Shown: piece by piece, positions 30,202-32,000 of the stretch | Position numbering within the stretch: position 1 is the stretch's first letter | Layout of the letters: each line of letters opens with the position of its first letter | NCBI RefSeq assembly: GCF_037013405.1 | Contig: NZ_CP146064.1 | Coordinates: 270,001 to 302,000 of the forward strand | DNA length: 32,000 nucleotides | Reading direction: 5' to 3' | DNA from: Candidatus Nanosynbacter sp. BB002 | Lineage (GTDB): Bacteria > Patescibacteriota > Saccharimonadia > Saccharimonadales > Saccharimonadaceae | Made by a program: the position numbers and the translations under genes | The notes under the pieces: generated by a model | What the model was told of the DNA's origin: nothing | What the model saw: only the letters and a program-made list of their open reading frames with translations | Database searches by the model: none

Positions 30202-32000
30202 TTAGCTTTTCTTGCGAGCTGTGGGCTTTTTGGTGGAAGTTTTTGACTTGGTTGCGGTGCGGCCGCGGCGAGATGTTTTTGCGGGAGCGGCTTTGAGAAG
30301 TTCTAGTGCCTGCTCGTGAGTGATGGTTTTTGGGTCGGTGTCTTTGGGAATTTTAGCGTTTTTAATGCCGTCGGTGATGTACGGGCCAAAGCGGCCGTTT
30401 AGGACTTTGACGCCGTCACCAAAGTCAGCGATATTCTTCTCGGCTTCGGCCTGGAGTTTGGCGGCATAGAGCTCGCGGGCTGTTTCTAGGGTGATGGTGT
30501 GTGGGTCTTCAGGTTTGATGGAGACGAAGAGTTTGCCAACTTGGATGTATGGGCCAAAGCGGCCAATGTTGGCCTTGATGTCTTGCCCGTCTTCGGTTTG
30601 GCCAACGACGCGCGGCAACTTGAACATTTCTAGTGCTTGTTCTAAAGTGACGGTTTCAATTTTTGCACCTTTTGGCAGTGGCGCAAAGCGCGGTTTGTCC
30701 TCGTCGTCAGTGGCGCCCAGCTGTAACATTGGGCCAAAGCGGCCAAAGCGCGCCAGGATTGGTTTGCCGGATTTCGGATCAATGCCGACTTCGCGGTTAG
30801 CGCCGACTTTACTGCGGTCGATGCCGCCTGATTGTTCAATCAGTTTGTGAAACGGCGTGTAAAATCCCTGCAGCATGGCGCTTTTAGCCAGGTTAGCGGC
30901 GGCGATTTTATCAAATTCAGTTTCGACATTGGCGGTGAAATTATAGTCAACGATTTGCGTGAAATGGTCGGTCAAAAAGTCGGCAATTAGTTCCCCGCTT
31001 GGTGTTGGGATGAGCTTGCCGCGAGTGGAACCGGTTTTTTCCTGGACGACGTCGCGGCTGACTTCTTCGCCGTTGTAACTGAGGACGATGACGTCGCGCG
31101 GTTGGCCTTCGCTGTCGCCTTTTTCGACGTAGCCGCGGGTTTGCACGGTGTCGATGATGGTGGCATAGGTGCTTGGTCGGCCAATGCCGAGGTCCTCGAG
31201 CTTCTTGACCAGTGAACCTTCGGTGTAGCGGGCTGGTGGTCGGGCGAAGGTTTGGCGGGCGGTGATGTCGTGGGTTTTAAGTGTGTCGCCGGTGTGGAGC
31301 TTTGGCAAGATTTCGTCTTTGCCGCCACCATAGACACGCAAGAAGCCGTCAAAGGTGATGACTTCGCCTTTGGCTTCAAAATGTAACTTGTCGTTTCCTT
31401 GGATATCTATGGAAATTGTCGTCTTCTCTAATTTGGCTGCCGACATTTGGGATGCCAGGGTGCGGCGGCGAATGAGGTCGTAGAGTTTTTGGTCGTACTC
31501 GTTGGAGGTGACGGTTTCGCGGGTGATATCGGTCGGGCGGATGGCTTCGTGGGCTTCTTGGGCGGAGGCGGATTTGGTCTTGAATTTGCGCACAGTGGAG
31601 TAATCCGGGCCGTACAGCCGCTTGATAAAGTCAGTCGCACTGGCGATGGCCTGCCCGCTCAAATTGACCGAGTCAGTACGCATGTAGGTTATCTTACCGT
31701 CTTGGTAGAGCCGCTGGGCTGAGGCCATGGTAGCTTTGGAACTGAAGCCGAGCTTGGCGTTAGCTTCCTGCTGCAAGGTTGACGTCGTAAACGGCGCGGC
31801 TGGGTTGCGCGTGCCAGGCGTTTTCGAGATATCGCTGACGGTGAATGTGGCTGGCTTGAGGCTGTTCAAGAATTCGTGAGCGGCTGCTTCAGAGTCAAAT
31901 TTTTGGTTGAGCTCGGCTTTGAATTCTTGATTGTCGTGGATGAATATGGCGGTCACCTTGAACTGTGAGCTGCCTGCAAATTTCATAATTTCTCGTTCGC
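30202..32000 (-). CDS. topA: DNA topoisomerase I, partial; the N-terminus lies beyond the window
   Basis: The reading frame stays open upstream of the ORF-track Met to the window edge. The topoisomerase IA core is visible (ITYMRTDS with the catalytic Tyr; EAHEAIRPT). The C-terminus has three GRFGPY/M repeats, no Cys residues, and a Lys/Arg-rich tail. Confidence 0.95.
   Translation of the reverse strand, partial: EREIMKFAGSSQFKVTAIFIHDNQEFKAELNQKFDSEAAAHEFLNSLKPATFTVSDISKTPGTRNPAAPFTTSTLQQEANAKLGFSSKATMASAQRLYQDGKITYMRTDSVNLSGQAIASATDFIKRLYGPDYSTVRKFKTKSASAQEAHEAIRPTDITRETVTSNEYDQKLYDLIRRRTLASQMSAAKLEKTTISIDIQGNDKLHFEAKGEVITFDGFLRVYGGGKDEILPKLHTGDTLKTHDITARQTFARPPARYTEGSLVKKLEDLGIGRPSTYATIIDTVQTRGYVEKGDSEGQPRDVIVLSYNGEEVSRDVVQEKTGSTRGKLIPTPSGELIADFLTDHFTQIVDYNFTANVETEFDKIAAANLAKSAMLQGFYTPFHKLIEQSGGIDRSKVGANREVGIDPKSGKPILARFGRFGPMLQLGATDDEDKPRFAPLPKGAKIETVTLEQALEMFKLPRVVGQTEDGQDIKANIGRFGPYIQVGKLFVSIKPEDPHTITLETARELYAAKLQAEAEKNIADFGDGVKVLNGRFGPYITDGIKNAKIPKDTDPKTITHEQALELLKAAPAKTSRRGRTATKSKTSTKKPTARKKS

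Overview
This is a 32-kb window from a compact bacterial chromosome with roughly half G+C. TAA, TAG and TGA are all used as stops, so the genetic code looks standard. Coding density is high and most ORF-track entries other than the genes below are antisense shadows.

Core genes, in order:
- dus (partial)
- a UvrD/PcrA-type helicase fused to a RecB-type nuclease
- two P-type cation ATPases
- a TrmA/RlmD-family RNA m5U methyltransferase
- a type IV pilin-like protein
- tRNA-Gln(UUG)
- a GreA-family factor
- an OmpR/His-kinase pair placed divergently from an ABC ATPase plus ABC-2 permease
- an AI-2E family permease
- cysS and nrnA
- an LPXTG/PKD surface protein
- topA (partial; no Cys in the visible part, GRFGPY repeats)

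This gene content would fit a reduced-genome, monoderm-type lineage such as Saccharibacteria/CPR, but that is inference only.

Four regions are not explained by ordinary housekeeping:
1. A roughly 1-kb protein-free, hairpin-dense locus (about 830-1821, minus strand). It has its own promoter and terminator and contains two tRNA-shaped but non-decoding modules.
2. A visibly AT-rich island that begins directly after tRNA-Gln. It carries a 1203-aa protein with a PD-(D/E)xK-like head and about 1100 aa of uncharacterised sequence, plus a divergent 215-aa orphan. This is my best candidate for an undescribed defence-type system.
3. A tandem pair of divergent HExxH paralogs. Each has a perfect consensus promoter, they share a 41-nt identical nucleotide block, and an 86-aa gene with a long structured leader lies divergently beside them.
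4. A recurring leaderless-gene layout, with a -10 box 6-8 nt upstream of the ATG in at least 12 genes.

I saw no CRISPR array, rRNA, integrase or transposase. All functional calls come from motifs read by eye; no database search was possible.
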